A stretch of DNA of 64,000 nucleotides from Pristiophorus japonicus (taxonomy: Eukaryota): the NCBI RefSeq assembly GCF_044704955.1, contig NC_091984.1, positions 145,142,001-145,206,000 on the forward strand, in the 5' to 3' direction. Positions 11,071-24,270 of this stretch are shown here, piece after piece (within the stretch, counting starts at the first letter, position 1; every line of letters begins with the position of its first letter). The translations under genes were made by a program, and so were the position numbers. The notes beneath the pieces are model-generated. The model worked only from the letters and a program-made list of their open reading frames with translations. It was not told the origin of the DNA and made no database searches.

Positions 11071-13191
11071 TGTAAGATTCCAAAATTCATGGAAAGCCCG
11101 CCAGTGTTTGGACTCACTGAAAAGGAAATTAAGCAGAAAGTTTGGGATCCTGAAATGCCCATGGAAGAAATCTACGAGTTTTAACCAAGTTTGGGATTTT
11201 AAAAAGGTGCATGTTGGGTTTGTGAGAAAAGGGCTGCAAGATCAGGGGTGGGTTCAACTTCTGAAAAACCCGTTTGGATATTGGAGCTAATCAAGCTAAT
11301 CAAGCTGTCTGGGGATATTGGAGCTAATCAAGCTGTCTGGGGATATTGGAGCTAATCAAGCTGTCTGGGGATATTGGAGCTAATCAAGCTGTCTGGGGAT
11401 ATTGGAGCTAATCAAGCTGTCTGGGGATATTGGAGCTAATCAAGCTGTCTGGGGATATTGGAGCTAATCAAGCTGTCTGGGGATATTGGAGCTAATCAAG
11501 CTGTCTGGGGATATTGGAGCTAATCAAACTGTCTGGGGATATTGGAGCTAATCAAGCTGTCTGGGGATATTGGAGCGAATCAAACTGTCTGGGGATATTG
11601 GAGCTAATCAAACTGTCTGGGGATATTGGAGCTAATCAAGCTGTCTGGGGATATTGGAGCTAATCAAGCTGTCTGGGGATATTGGAGCTAATCAAGCTGT
11701 CTGGGGATATTGGAGCTAATCAAGCTGTCTGGGGATATTGGAGCTAATCAAACTGTCTGGGGATATTGGAGCTAATCAAATTGTCTGGGGATATTGGAGC
11801 TAATCAAACTGTCTGGGGATATTGGAGCTAATCAAACTGTCTGGGGATATTGGAGCTAATCAAATTGTCTGGGGATGTTGGAGCTAATCAAGCTGTCTGG
11901 GGATATTGGAGCTAATCAAGCTGTCTGGGGATATTGGAGCTAATCAAGCTGTCTGGGGATATTGGAGCTAATCAAATTGTCTGGGGAACTGTTTACTCTC
12001 AAACCTGCCCGCAGAAGACATTTACATTTCAACAATCGACCCAAGGAAGTACAGTTTCAATCCAAGCACAGGACCCATTCGACACATGCATAATGCCAAT
12101 CACCTTTCCGGCCTGCATAGAAAGCTGGGTCCCAGGCAGACAACTCGACACCAGAAACTAGCTTTAACAATTGCGATTCGAAACCCACAGATAATTTTAA
12201 CAATTGACGCATTTTCAATCCAGATACCGGTAACGAGCCCACCAAAATTAAACAAAGAACCAAGGTTGATTTGGCGAGCAGATTAGGGGATCTCACACAG
12301 TATAACTGGGGGCCAGTTTTTATAGTCAGGACTGCACTTTGCTTCTACAGCAGCCTCGTATGCTTCAGAGCTGGCAGACAACAAGATCAGCACACCAGCT
12401 TCGTTAACCTGGTTCTTCAGAACATCAACCAAGACAGGATCGCAAGTGACCAGGACATCAAGCACACCGTGGCAGCGAGAGGCTCATGAAACAACCACCA
12501 AGTTATTACCAGCAACCAAATTGGTAATATTGAGCCACCACGACCAACGATTTCAAAACCGAAGTCACCTCGACGAAAACACGAAGATTTGAAAGCTGTT
12601 TCCACTCTACCAGCTATCCCTGAGCTACCAACGGGTACAACATTACCTAAAAGAACTTTAAAAACTACTGCTGAAGGAAGAAAGTGGGTACTTAGCCCAT
12701 AGATCCAATACACGCCCTACCGCATCAGCGGACACCACCCAACTGTGGAACACGCAGCAAGAAGTCCTCTCCTACGTTCTGGGTAGGGCTAGCAGAATCA
12801 ACAATGCACCCCGAAACGCGACCCATTACCGACTGTCAAGGAAGGGTTGGTGAGCATTGTCCCTGAAGCCCCAGAGCCTAACTTAGTTAGAAAGAGGAAT
12901 TGGGAGGTGGGCGGTATTGACATGCTATGTATTCTCTTGTGTTTTAGTAAAGGATTCCCTATTAGAGTGATAAGTTTTCTCTCATTTAAAATGATAAGTT
13001 TTCTCAGTTTTTAATAAAAGGTGTATTCATTCTTCTTGAATAAAATCCATAACTTCTTTGTACAAAACGGTTGTCTGCTGCACTTTATCACACCCTGATT
13101 AATAAATCCAGGTTCGAGAACCAGGGAGTGGGAGCAACTCACAACCGCTCTGGGTCAGGAAGGAAAACTGACAGACACACCACCCTCAACA
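11071..13191 (+). mobile_element. Long 3' LTR related to the LTRs at 41425 and 49508
   Basis: Starts TGTAAG after gggggat and ends CAACA; shares blocks such as ccagtgtttggactca, catggaagaaa, aagtgggtactt, gaagtcctctcc and ttggtgagcat with the 41.4-kb LTR; AATAAA near 13014 and 13040. Confidence 0.85.
11279..11987. repeat. 28-bp tandem array (ATATTGGAGCTAATCAAGCTGTCTGGGG), about 25 copies, inside the LTR
   Basis: Direct repetition; the related LTRs have a single copy (acattggaactaatcaaattgtctggga, 41758-41785). Confidence 0.95.
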
Positions 13192-13400
13192 CTCAGTACT
13201 GCCACTCTGACAGTGCAGCAGTCCCTCAGTACTGCCCCTCTGACAGTGTGGCACTCCCTCAGTACTGCCCCTCTGACAGTGCAGCACTTCCTCAGTACTG
13301 CCCCTCTGACAGTGCAGCACTCCCTCAGGACTGCACAGTAATGTATGTCTTTATTTTACACTCAGGTCCCTGGAGTGGGGCTTGAACCCACGATACAACA
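13192..13400 (-). repeat. SINE-derived 30-bp tandem repeats (ctcagtactgcccctctgacagtgcagcac-type) plus tRNA-SINE head fragment
   Basis: 4-5 tandem copies; ccctggagtggggcttgaacccac resembles the SINE at 38385-38410. Confidence 0.6.
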
Positions 13401-14751
13401 TTGCATCACTGGATGCTGCACAGTCTGAGCTGTGAGTCATATCCCGACCTCAGTTGGAACAGCTAACTCAGAACAAACAACAACAGCAACTTTTATACAG
13501 CACCTTTAACACAGTAAAACTCCCCGAGCGCTTCACAGGAGCGTTATAGAATAAAGATTGACAGCGAGCCATGTAAGGAGACATTGAAAATTGCAGCTCA
13601 GTCAAATTGTGAGTGAAATTGGCAGTGCTGCCTTCATACCAAAAGGGGGCGATGTTGGTTCTGAAAAGACCAAATTTTTGGACAATTTTTGTGTCACGCA
13701 ATTGATTGGTTTGTAAAACGCGTTTTTACCAAACCTCCAGTCAGGTTTGCAGAATCATTTCCAGTTCCCCACGTGTCATTTGATGGTGGATCTCAGCGTG
13801 TATCTCCTCGTCCGCTCGTGAGGCGGTGTCTCAGACTGATTGGTGGGTCAGCAGCCACTCCGCACCGCAGCGAGCATCGGCAGGCCATTCCACTGTGGGA
13901 GGCCTCACCGCAGAGCTCGGTGCACGGGGTATATCCACACAGGGACGCTCTGCCACCAGGTACAGCAGCAACAAACTGCATTGCTGTAGCAACTGGAACA
14001 TTAGAACAACATCCCGAGGCAGCTGACAGAGGCGTAATCTGGTCAAAGTGGTGCTGAGCCAAAGGGGGAGGGGCTGGGAGGGTGATCAAAACCCTCAGTC
14101 ACAGATTGGGTTTGAAGGGAGGTCTTAAAAGAGGAGAGGGATGGAGTGGCAGAGAGATTTAGGGAGCAGGGAGTTAGGGCCCAGGCAGCTGAAGGCACGG
14201 CCCCCAATGGAGGGGGAAGGGAAGGGGGGATGGATAAGAAACCTGAGCCAGATACCGCGGCCCCTGAACACAACAACAACTTGCATTTATATAGCGAGTG
14301 TTGTGACAATGACAGACAGCGAGAATATAACCCTGATAATGTAACACAGTATTTGCAGCACTTGACACTGTGGGGAAAGCTTGTAATTTTAAATCCATGA
14401 GCTGTACATAAGTGAGAACAGGACCTGTTTGTGGCCGGTGCGGAGATCACCACTTACAGAAGGTAGTTACTGCAGGGAATTCAGGGCCACAGTCACCTCC
14501 TGGACTAGTTTCCATCGCCTGGGGGGGGGGGGGCGGGGGGCAGGGGGGCAGGAGAGGAGTTTCCCAGATTTATTTTCCCCCAATGGGTTTTTACCTGGTT
14601 TTTCGCCTCTCCCGAGAGGGTGTGGTGGAGAGTCTATACTGTGATACACAAGGTATCACAATTGTGTGGGACGGGCTGGATGGACCACAGGGTCTTTACC
14701 TGTCCGTCACTCTCCGCGGGTTTGGGTTTCAAAGATGTGGAGCTGAATTGG

Positions 14752-14915
14752 AAAGAAAGACTTGCATTTATATAGCGCCTTTCACCACCTCAGGACGTCC
14801 CAAAGTGCTTTACAGCCAATGAAGTACTTTTGAAGTGTAGTCACAGTGGTAATGGTGGAGACACGACAGACAGTTTGTGCACAGCAAGCTCCCACATGTG
14901 ACTATGACCAAATAA
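14752..14915 (-). mobile_element. Shark tRNA-derived SINE with L2-type tail (DeuSINE-like), fragment
   Basis: Similar to copies at 38020-38460 and 39497-39770. Confidence 0.7.
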
Positions 14916-15126
14916 TGGGCCCAAATTGCGTATCGCCCCGGTTGGGGCGGTAACTTTCCCTACGTCCAGGTCCCACCCCGGAAGCGAAATTGGGGTCACG
15001 GCCCCTGACAGGAAGTGGAGCGCAATGTAGTGCACTGCAGCTCCCCTGGGGGTGGGCTCGGGGGCTAGTGCCGGGCTGCACCATCGCGGCACCGACCCCG
15101 CCACATTGGCACAGAAAGGCCCGACC

Positions 15127-16843
15127 GGAGAAATTTTTTAGCCAGTATGTAACAAGCCCAACAAGGGAGGGGACGGTTCTGGACTTGGTTTTGGGGAATG
15201 AAGAGGGGCAGGTGGAAGGGGTATCAGTGGGAGAGCATTTTGGTGCTAGTGATCATAATTCAGTTAGATTTAGGGTAGTTATGGAAAAGGACAAAGATAG
15301 ACCAGGAATAAAAGTTCTCAATTGGGGAAAAGCCAATTTTGCTGAGCTGAGATGAGATTTGGCCAAAGTGGACTGGAAACGGCTAGTTGAAGGTAAATCA
15401 GTGTCAGAGCAGTGGGAGGCATTCAAGGAGGAAATCCTGTGGTTTCAGAGAAAGTATGTTCCCTTAAAGAAAAAGTGTGGGACTAACAAATCTAGAGGCC
15501 GCTGGATGTCAAGGGAAATACAGTGTCGGATAAAGTAAAAAAGGGAGGCTTATGACAGATACCGAGGGCTCAATACTGCAGGAACTTTAGAGGAGTATAG
15601 AAAGTGCAGGGGTGCAATTAAAAAGGAAATTAAGAAAGCAAAGAGAGAGCATGAAAACATTTTCGCAAGTAAAATCAAGGAAAACCCAAAGATGTTTTAT
15701 AAATACATTAAGAGCAAGTGGATTGCTAAAGAAAGAGTCGGGCCTATTAGAGATGTTGTGTCTCTGCACCTTGTTACAAACTCACACGAGGCATGGATAT
15801 ATCATACACGGTCACCCTGTGACCTTCACTTTATTCCCATGACTAAAGAGTGCTGATCCTGGGTGGGACCTCCCCTTTTAAACCTGGAAGCCCAGGTGAG
15901 GAGCTCACTCCCTGTGGTCAGGGTGTGAATTACAAGGGTACAGGTACAGTATGCATGAGTTACAGTTACATACTTATAGTCATTGCAAGATGGTGAAATA
16001 CATGACAAAGGTAATCTGTGTGTGGAGGCGTAAGACGTGGGTATGGATCTTAATGAATACTTTGCATCTGTTTTCACAAAAGAGAGGGGCGATGCAGACA
16101 TTGTAATCAGGGAGGAGGAGTGTGAAATATTAGATGAAATAAACATAGTGAGAGCGCAAGTATTAAGCGACTTAATAGCGATGAAAGTGGATAAATCCCC
16201 TGGCCCGGATGAAATGTATCCCAGGTTGCTCATAGAAGCAAAAGAGGAAATAGCAGAGGCTCTGACCATCATTTTCCAATCCTCTCTGGCTACAGGTGTG
16301 GTATGAGAGGACTAGAGGTCTGCTAATGTTGCACATTTGTTTAAAAAGGGAGAAAGGGATAGACCAAATAATTACAGGCCAGTCAGTGATGGGAAAATTA
16401 TTAGAAAAAATTCTGAGAGACAGGATCAATCTTCATTCAGAAAGACAGACATTAATCAAGGACAGTCAGCATGGACTTGTTAAGGGAAGATTGTGTCTGA
16501 CTAACTTAATTGAATTCATCGAGGAAGTAATAAGAAGGATCTCTGACGTCAGCACGTTTGATGTAGTGTATATGGATTTTAGCAAGACATTTGATAAGGT
16601 CTCACATGGCAGACTGGTCATGAAAGTAAAAGCCCATGGGATCCAGGGCAAACTGGCAAGTTGGATCCAAAATTGGCTCAGAGGCAGGAAACAAAGGGTA
16701 ATGGTTGATGGATGTTTTTGTGACTGAAAGGCTGTTTCCAATGAGGTTCCGCAGGACTCAGTACTAGGTCCCTTACTTTTTGTGGTATATATTAATGATT
16801 TAGACTTGAATGTAGGGGAATGATAAAGAAGTTTGCAGATGAT
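15127..16843 (+). mobile_element. CR1 LINE ORF2 (endonuclease end to RT), decayed, interrupted by a solo LTR
   Basis: QYVTSPTREGTVLDLVLGN, KSPGPDEMYPRLL, SQHGLVKGRLCLTNL, DVVYMDFSKTFDKVSH, KFADD. Confidence 0.92.
15754..16007 (-). mobile_element. Solo LTR (254 bp, probably Gypsy) inside the CR1
   Basis: TGTTG...TGACA termini; polyA signal on the minus strand (TTTATT near 15829); CR1 continues on both sides; no TSD. Confidence 0.65.
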
Positions 16844-19015
16844 GTGTAATGAGAATGGACTAATTAATAATCTTATTGTGCGAGGGGCCCCTTATTAAGA
16901 TGGTGAGTGACACAGTTAGTTCAGAGCCTAGGGTCCTGAAATTAAGGAAAGGTAACTTTGATGATATGAGACGTGAATTGGCTAGAATAGACTGGCGAGT
17001 GATACTTAAAGGGTTGACGGTGGATAGGCAATGGCAAACATTTAAATATCACATGGATGAAATTCAACAATTATACATCCCTGTCTGGACTAAAAATATA
17101 ACGGGGAAGGTGGCTCAACCGTGGCTAACAAGGGAAATTAAGGATAGTGTTAAATCCAAGGAAGAGGCATATTAATTGGCCAGATAAAACAGCAAACCTG
17201 AGGACTGGGATAATTTTGTAATACAGCAGAGGAGGACAAAGGGTTTAATTAGGAGGGGGAAAATAAGGTATGAAAAGAAGCTTGCTGGGAATATAAAAAT
17301 TGACTGTAAAAGCTTCTATCGATAAGTGAAGAGAAAAAGATTAGTAAAAACAAATGTAGGTCCCTTGCAGTTAGATTCAGGTGAATTTATAATGTGGAAC
17401 AAAGAAATGGCAGTCCAGTAAAACAAATACTTTGGTTCTGTCTTCACGAAGGAAGACACAAATAACCTTCCGGAAATTCTAGCGGACCGAGGGTTTAGTG
17501 AGAAGGAGAAACTGAAGGAAATCCTTAATAGGCAGGAAATTGTGTTCATGAAATTGATGAGATTGAAGGCCGATAAATCCCCAGGGCCTGATAGTCTGCA
17601 TCCCAGAGGACATAAGGAAGTAGCTCTAGAAATAGTGGATGCATTGGTGATCATTTTCCAACAGTCTATCGAATCTGGATCAGTTCCTCTGGAGTGGAGG
17701 GTAGCAAATGTAACACCACTGTGTAAAAAAGGAGAGAGAGAGAAAATGGGTAAGTATAGACCGGTTAGCCTGACAGTAGTGGGGAAAATGTTGGAAACAA
17801 TTATTAAAGATGAAATAGCAACGCATTTGGAAAGCAGTGACAGGATCGGTCTAAGTCAGCATGGATTATGAAAGGGAAATCATGCTTAACAAATCTTCTG
17901 GAATTTTTTGAGGATGTAACTCGTAGAGTGGACAAGGGAGAACCAGTGGATGTGGTGTATTTGGACTTTCAAAAGGCTTTTGGGAAGGTCCCACACAAGA
18001 GATTGGTGTGCAATATCAAATCACATGGTATTGGGGATAATGTACTGATGTGGATAGAGAACTGATTGGCAGACAGGAAGCAGAGAGTTGGGATAAACGG
18101 GTCCTTTTCAGAATGGCAGGCAGTGAATAATGGGGTGTCGCAGGGCTCGGTGCTGGGACCCCAGCTCTTTGCAATATACATTAATGATTTAGATGAAGGA
18201 ATTGAGTGTAATATCTCCAAGTTTGCAGATGACACTAAACTGGGTGGCGGTGTGTGCTGTGAGGAGGATGCTAAAAGGCTGCAGAGTGACTTGGAAAGGT
18301 GACTTGATGAGTGGGCAAATGCATGGCAAATGCAGTATAATGTGGATAAATGGGAGGTTATCCACATTGGGGGCAAAAACACGAAGGCAGAATATTATCT
18401 GAATGGCGGCAGATTAGGAAAAGGGGAGGTGCAACGAGACCTGGGTGTCCTGGTTCATCAGTCATTGAAAGTTGGCATGCAGGTACAGCAGGTGGTGAAG
18501 AAGGCAAATGGTATGTTGGCCTTCATAGCTAGGGGATTTGTGTATAGAAGCAGGGAGGTCTTATTGCAGTTGTACAGGGCCTTAGTACACTGGAGTTTAG
18601 AAGGATGAGAGGGTGTCTCATAGAAACTTATAAGATTCTGACGGGACTGGACAGGTTAGATGCGGGAAGAATGTTCCCGATAATGGGGAAGTTCAGATTC
18701 AGGGGACACAGACTTAGGATAACGGGTAGGCCATTTAGGACTGAGATGAGGAGAAACTTCTTCACTCAGAGCGTTGTTAACCTGTGGAATTACCTCCCAC
18801 AGAGAGTTGTTGATGCCAGTTCATTGGATAGATTAAAGAGGGAGTTAGATATGGCCCTTACGGCAAAAGGGATCAAGGGGTATGGAGAGAAAGCAGGAAA
18901 GGGGTACTGAGGGAATGATCAGCCATGATCTTATTGAATGATGGTGCAGGCTCGAAGGGCCGAATGGCCTACTCCTGCACCTATTTTTTATGTTTCGATG
19001 TTTCTATGTTTCTAT
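16844..19015 (+). mobile_element. CR1 LINE ORF2 to 3' end (second subfamily), decayed
   Basis: KSPGPDSLHP, MKGKSCLTNLLEFF, VSQGSVLGPQLF, ISKFADDTKL, FFTQSVVNLWN; (TATGTTTC)n tail. Confidence 0.95.
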
Positions 19016-19300
19016 GGATCCACAGCCCTGTGGTGACCAGAACTGTACGCAGTACTCTAGCTGTGGCCTAACTAGTGTTTTATACAGTTCAAGCATAACC
19101 TCCTTGCTCTTGTATTCTGTGCCTCGGCTAATAAAGGCAAGTATCCCATCTGCCTTTTTAACCACCTTATCGACCTGGCCTGCTACCTTCAGGGATCTGT
19201 GGACATGCACTCCAAGGTCCCTCCGTTCCTCCACACCTCTCAGTACCCTCCCATTTATTGTGTATTCCCTTGCCTTGTTGCCTTTCCCCAAATGCATTAG
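19016..19300 (-). mobile_element. CR1 LINE fragment
   Basis: RDLGVHVHRSLK...LELYKTLVRPQLEYCVQFWSP. Confidence 0.9.
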
Positions 19301-20370
19301 AACAAGGCTGCAGTTAGAGCAGCCTTTCCATCCACTGACAGCGCTCACTGAGTCTGACTCATGGCATCGATCAGTTGGACATTGATCTGGAAACACCAGC
19401 CCCCTGGTGAGGGAATCAAGGCTCTGATGCGACTGATAAAAGTCAAGATGAGGTTGCGGAGAGGTACACAGCTGCTACTGGACACAATGAACAGGAGGAG
19501 GCCATTCAGCCCCTCGGGCCTGTTCCCCCATTCAATCAGATCACGGCTCATCTGTATCTGAACTCCATCTACCCACCTTGGTTCCACAAGTTCCAAGGCC
19601 TATACTCTCTTGAGTTTAGAAGAATGGGAGAGGATCCCATTGAAACATACAGAATTCTGACAGGGTAGATGCAGGGCGGATGTTTCCTCTGGCTGGGGAG
19701 TCTAGAACCAGGGGTCAAAGTCTCAGAATAAGAGGTCGGCCATTTAGGACTGAGATGAGGAGAAACTTCTTCACTCAGAGGGTGGTGAATCTCTGGAATT
19801 CTCTCCCCCAGAGGGCTGTGGAGTCTCACGGGTCAAGTTTCAGGCCGCGCCTAGAACGGCGCAGCCCCGACATGGACGCCCGTTTCTCGTGCCTAAAAGT
19901 GCGACAAAAATGTACCTTGCAATTCTCGGGCTCCCTGCAGGTCCCTCGCAGCTCGGCGCGGCGTGCAGACATCAGCAGGGGGCGGAGCCACAGAGTCGCG
20001 CCAATTCTGCAAGTGCAGGGGGCGGGGCTAAGTCAAATGAGAGAACGTCCTGCCGACAGCCCTGCGCCGTGCGTGTTGGAGCACGCACGCCCGCGCAGTA
20101 GCCCATAAACATTGGCACTCGGCCATTTTTAAAGGAACTTGAACAAATGTGGTGATTTGTCTCGTGGACCTCTGGAAAGGCTTGGGATTGAATTTTGGTG
20201 ATTTTTTGATGTCTGAAAGAGTGTTTTTAGCAGCACTGTTGAAGAAATCACCTGCTGATATCAGTGAGTGCTGCTTTTCACCGCTAAACTTCCAGAACAG
20301 GTGCTGCATAGTTGCATGCAAAATAAGGACTGTGTGTTTTGAAAAATAAGAGTTTCAATTCAATACAGCA

Positions 20371-22180
20371 ATGGAAAAACGTCCACCAAGAACAAAGACT
20401 TTCTTGCATGAGGAAGTGGAGATGTTCATAAACGTCATTGAGAGATGGCAGGAGCTAGATACCAGCAACAGAGGTCGCATAAAAGTGCCACCTAAAGAAA
20501 TGAAGAAACGTTGGAACCAAGTTGCAAAATAGATCTGGAAGCCAATGTAAAAAGAAATGGCACGACCTTGGTCAAGTAGTTAGTGGGAATAATTTTTTCA
20601 TTTTTTAATGTAATCGTAATTGTGATGTGACTATTTATATGTCCCTCCCTGCAGAAAGACGCATTTTGTAATAAGTTATATTTAACTCTTTGCCGAAGAA
20701 AGTGGCCCACAACAAAAGGGAAGCAACTCGAACAGGAGAAGGCACGCTCAATCTGCAGCAACTGACACCCTTGGAAGGGAGGGTAGCTGCCATGATGAGT
20801 CGTACATGGAGAAAAGCATTCAGTACAGCACAAGCTGGGCCCACACGCGAGGAAGAGGGTAAGTCCTGAAAATGCATCGTGGCCCTTGAAAATCAACCTA
20901 CTGCCTGGCCTGCTATATGTGAGAGTACTCATGCCCCCCATCCTGCCCCCTCCCTTGCTGTTAAACATTTGACTGTTCTGATATATTTTGCAGAACATGA
21001 TGATGATGATGATGCCAACCCTGAGGATCCTGAAGACACAGAACAAGAACCAGTACAACCAGATGCGGACGATCCAGACTGGATGCTGGCGGCGATGACT
21101 GAAATGTCTACAGGGGAGAACTTCCAAATTAATGTTTATGAGCCCCTATTAAGGGGCATCTGAGTTTCAACCCCTTGCATCGGATCTAGTTCCACCTTCC
21201 ATGGTTTTGATTCCGACGTTGCGGGTCCCAGTGGTGCTGGTGATATCATGAAGCAGTTTACAGCCAGTGCACCAGAGTCCAAGGCTGCGCCTCTCACTCG
21301 CATAGGTTCTGGTTCCACCTTCCATGGTTTTGATTCCGATGTTGTAGGTCCCACTGGTGCTAGTGATATCATGGAGTAGTTTACACCTATTCACCCACCG
21401 AGCGCCTAACCGTCCTAGCACGCGCCTCTCTCTCTAGTACTGCCGTCTGGAACACAGAGCATCCCACCGACTGAGCCCACGCCTCTCTCTCTAGTACTGC
21501 TGTCTGGAACACAGAGCATCCCACCGACCCACCCCATGCCTCTCTCTCTAGTACTGCCGTCTGGAACACAGAGCGTTCCACCGACCCATCCCACGCCTCT
21601 CTCTCTAGTACTGCCGTCTGGAACACAGAGCATCCCACCGACCCAGCCCATGCCTCTCTCTCTAGTACTGCCGTCTGGAACACAGAGCGTCCCACCGTCC
21701 CAGTCCGCGCCTCTCTCTCTAGTACTGCCGTCTGGAAAACCGCGCGTCTCACCATCCCAGCCCGCGCCTCCCTGTGTAGTGGTGCCGTGTGGAACACAGA
21801 GCGTCCCACCGTCCCAGCCCACGCCTCCCAGTGTAGTGGTGCCGCGAGGCAGGCCCAGGCAGAGGAGAAGGAGATTGGAGACACGCTCTCCTGAGATGCT
21901 GCATGCAACAGATGCGGCTCAGGTTGTGGCATTGGGTATGAAGACCAATGAGCTTACCCGATCACTCATCGGTAGCATCAGTGCAGTGGGTGAAGAGGTG
22001 ACGGTCCTGATGGGAGAAATAGCAGTAATGACACGGGAACTTAGGGAGGGAATGTCCAAGGGAGTGCTACCGACGGCACAGGCCGTCAGAAAGGGCATGC
22101 AAGTGAAGGCACAGGCCCTCATGGAGGTAGCTGCTGCAATAAGGGCACACAGCCCCGCCAATCAAATGACACCCCCATGA
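20371..22180 (+). pseudogene. Harbinger Myb/SANT-like gene, 3 exons, decayed
   Basis: MEKRPPRTKTFLHEEVEMF...KKRWNQVA...QCKKKWHDL; exon 2 KKVAHNKREATRTG ends at GTAAGT near 20859; acidic exon 3 from about 20994 has in-frame stops. Confidence 0.8.
21165..21845. repeat. Tandem repeats in the Myb gene last exon: two 123-bp units, then about 7 units of 57 bp
   Basis: gcctctctctctagtactgccgtctggaacacagagc at 21424, 21481, 21538, 21595, 21652 and 21709; both unit lengths are multiples of 3. Confidence 0.9.
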
Positions 22181-22687
22181 AGAAGTGAACATTCACTGAG
22201 ATGTGGATGAGAGATGGTTACAGCCGTTCTTTGCTGCTTTTGTTCTTGTTCTTGATGTAGCTGTAGCAGTGTTTTTCACTTGAAATTGTTTTGTAACTTT
22301 TGTAACTTTACAACTTATAAGTGATCTTAGGGTTTTTAAGTGATCTTATAGTGTAAATGCTCGCACTTTTTGTAACTTATTTAATTTTGCAACTAAAAAG
22401 TGATCTTGAAGTTAAAGTGACCTTAAGAGTGTAAGATTTTTCACGTTGAAATTGTTTTGTAACTTTACAAGTTTATAAGTGATCTTAAAGTTTTTAAGTG
22501 ATCTTCAAGAGTCATATTAAAAAGTAAAGTTTGATACAACAAATATTTTATTACAGTGACGTTAACTTTTCAATAAAAAATGTTTTAATTAAAACTGAAT
22601 CATGTTCCATTAACACAACACAACATAGGAACAACTCCAAAGAATAAACATGTCCATGCGCAACAGTTGTTGCAGAGCCCTCAGGCA

Positions 22688-23903
22688 TCAGTAATTGAAG
22701 CGTTCACGGATGAGCTGGTGGCGCAGGGCTCGAGCAATTGTTAAAGGAGCACGATGGACGGCACTCCTCCGACCTCGTGCTCCGGCATCAGGCACTTGCA
22801 TGCTTTCCTGATCGTCGTCATCATCCTCATCCTGCTCTTCCAAATTACTATCATCAGGCACTGGCCCCTCATGTGGATCTTCTGGTTCCACTACCAGCTC
22901 CTGCTGCCTCATGATGGCTAAGTTATGGAGCATGCAACACACAACAGTGAAGTGACCGACAATCTGAGGAGAGTATTGCAAGTGGCCTCCGGAATGGTCC
23001 AGGCATCGGAAACGCTGTTTCAATATGCCAATGGTCCTCTCAATGATGCTGCGCGTCGCAATGTGCGCCATGTTGTATTGACGGTCAGCTTCCGCCCGTG
23101 TCACATGTCGGGTCTTCATGAGCCAGGTGGCCAGGCCATACACTTTGTCTCCCAGTAGCCAGCTCTGCCCTTCTGGCTGCTGCCCAAACATGTCAGATAT
23201 AATGCTGTCGCGTCGGATGAAGGCATCATCTGTGCTGTCAGGGTATCTCGCATCGACTGACATGATGCGCTGCTTGTCGTCACACACGAGCGGTACATTG
23301 ATGGAGTGGAAACCTTTTCTATTCCTGAACTGTTCAGAATCCTCCACAGGTTCTCACAAGGCGATGTGGGTACAATCAATGCTGCCCTGTACCTTTGGGA
23401 AGCCAGCAATCCTGAAGAAGGCCACAGCCCTCATGGATCGCTTGTGCGGTCATTGGGAAATTGATGAAGTCATTCCTCTGCACATACAGTGCAGCCGTGA
23501 CCTGGTAAACGCTGGCATGAATTGCACGTTGAGAGATGGCGCACACATCTCCAGTTGTAGCCTAAAACGATCCCGAGGCATAGAAGGCAAGTGCAGCTGC
23601 TCCCTTCACTTCTACAGAAAAGGCAGTTGGTGTTCTGCTTCTGGGCTGCAAATCTGCTCTCAGAATATCACAGATCTCAACAACAACTTCTCTGTAGAAA
23701 CGTAGCCTTTTGACACAATCAGCCTCGCTCATGTCCAGGTACCAGCGCCTGGCTCGATATTGCCGATGTGGGTAAGGTCTCCTGCCCATCAGCCTATGGG
23801 CTATGAAGTTCCTGGTGCGGTGAGCTCTAATCAATTCTCTCCTATGCAGTGAATTGCTGGCGAACCATTGCATAATCCGTGGTGTTGACAATGCAGCACC
23901 CAT
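22688..23903 (-). pseudogene. Harbinger DDE transposase (HARBI1-like), frameshifted
   Basis: RPYPHRQYR, LRFYREVV, ALAFYASGSF, GSIDCTHIAL, NRKGFHSINV, WLLGDKVY, YNMAHIATRSIIERTIGILKQRFRCLD, CCMLHNL. Confidence 0.93.
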
Positions 23904-23989
23904 TCTGCAATTACAAATTTAAGTTTCAAACTGGCTAGCTGGCTGCCTCTCCCTCCCGGTGCTTTGCACGCCTACCCTGTCCCCTGGCC

Positions 23990-24270
23990 AAATAGCCTCA
24001 GTTACCCTCGCAGCTCGAAGGCTGCTGGCTGTGTCTTCGGCCGCCGTCAGCCACTGCCACCATCCCTATCCTGTGGCCGAATAGCCCAGCCTCGCTCGCA
24101 GCTCGAAGGCTGCTGGCTGTGTCTTCGGCCGCCGTCAGCCACTGCCACCATCCCTATCCTGTGGCCGAATAGCCCAGCCTCGCTCGCAGCTCGAAGGCTG
24201 CTGGCTGTGTCTTCGGCCTACGTCAGCCACTGCCGCTGTCCCTATCCTGTGGCCGAATGGCCTCAGTTAC
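23990..24270. repeat. 88-bp tandem repeat upstream of the transposase; site of the ERV insertion
   Basis: cagctcgaaggctgctggctgtgtcttcgg at 24011, 24099 and 24187; the unit continues after the ERV at 31511. Confidence 0.9.

Noticed and set aside
11279-11987. 28-bp repeat array resembling CRISPR
   Set aside because: No unique spacers, no cas genes, eukaryotic context; it is an amplified LTR motif
22688-23903. Domesticated host HARBI1 gene
   Set aside because: Frameshifted and located inside TIRs with a TSD and a partner Myb gene, so it is a transposon copy
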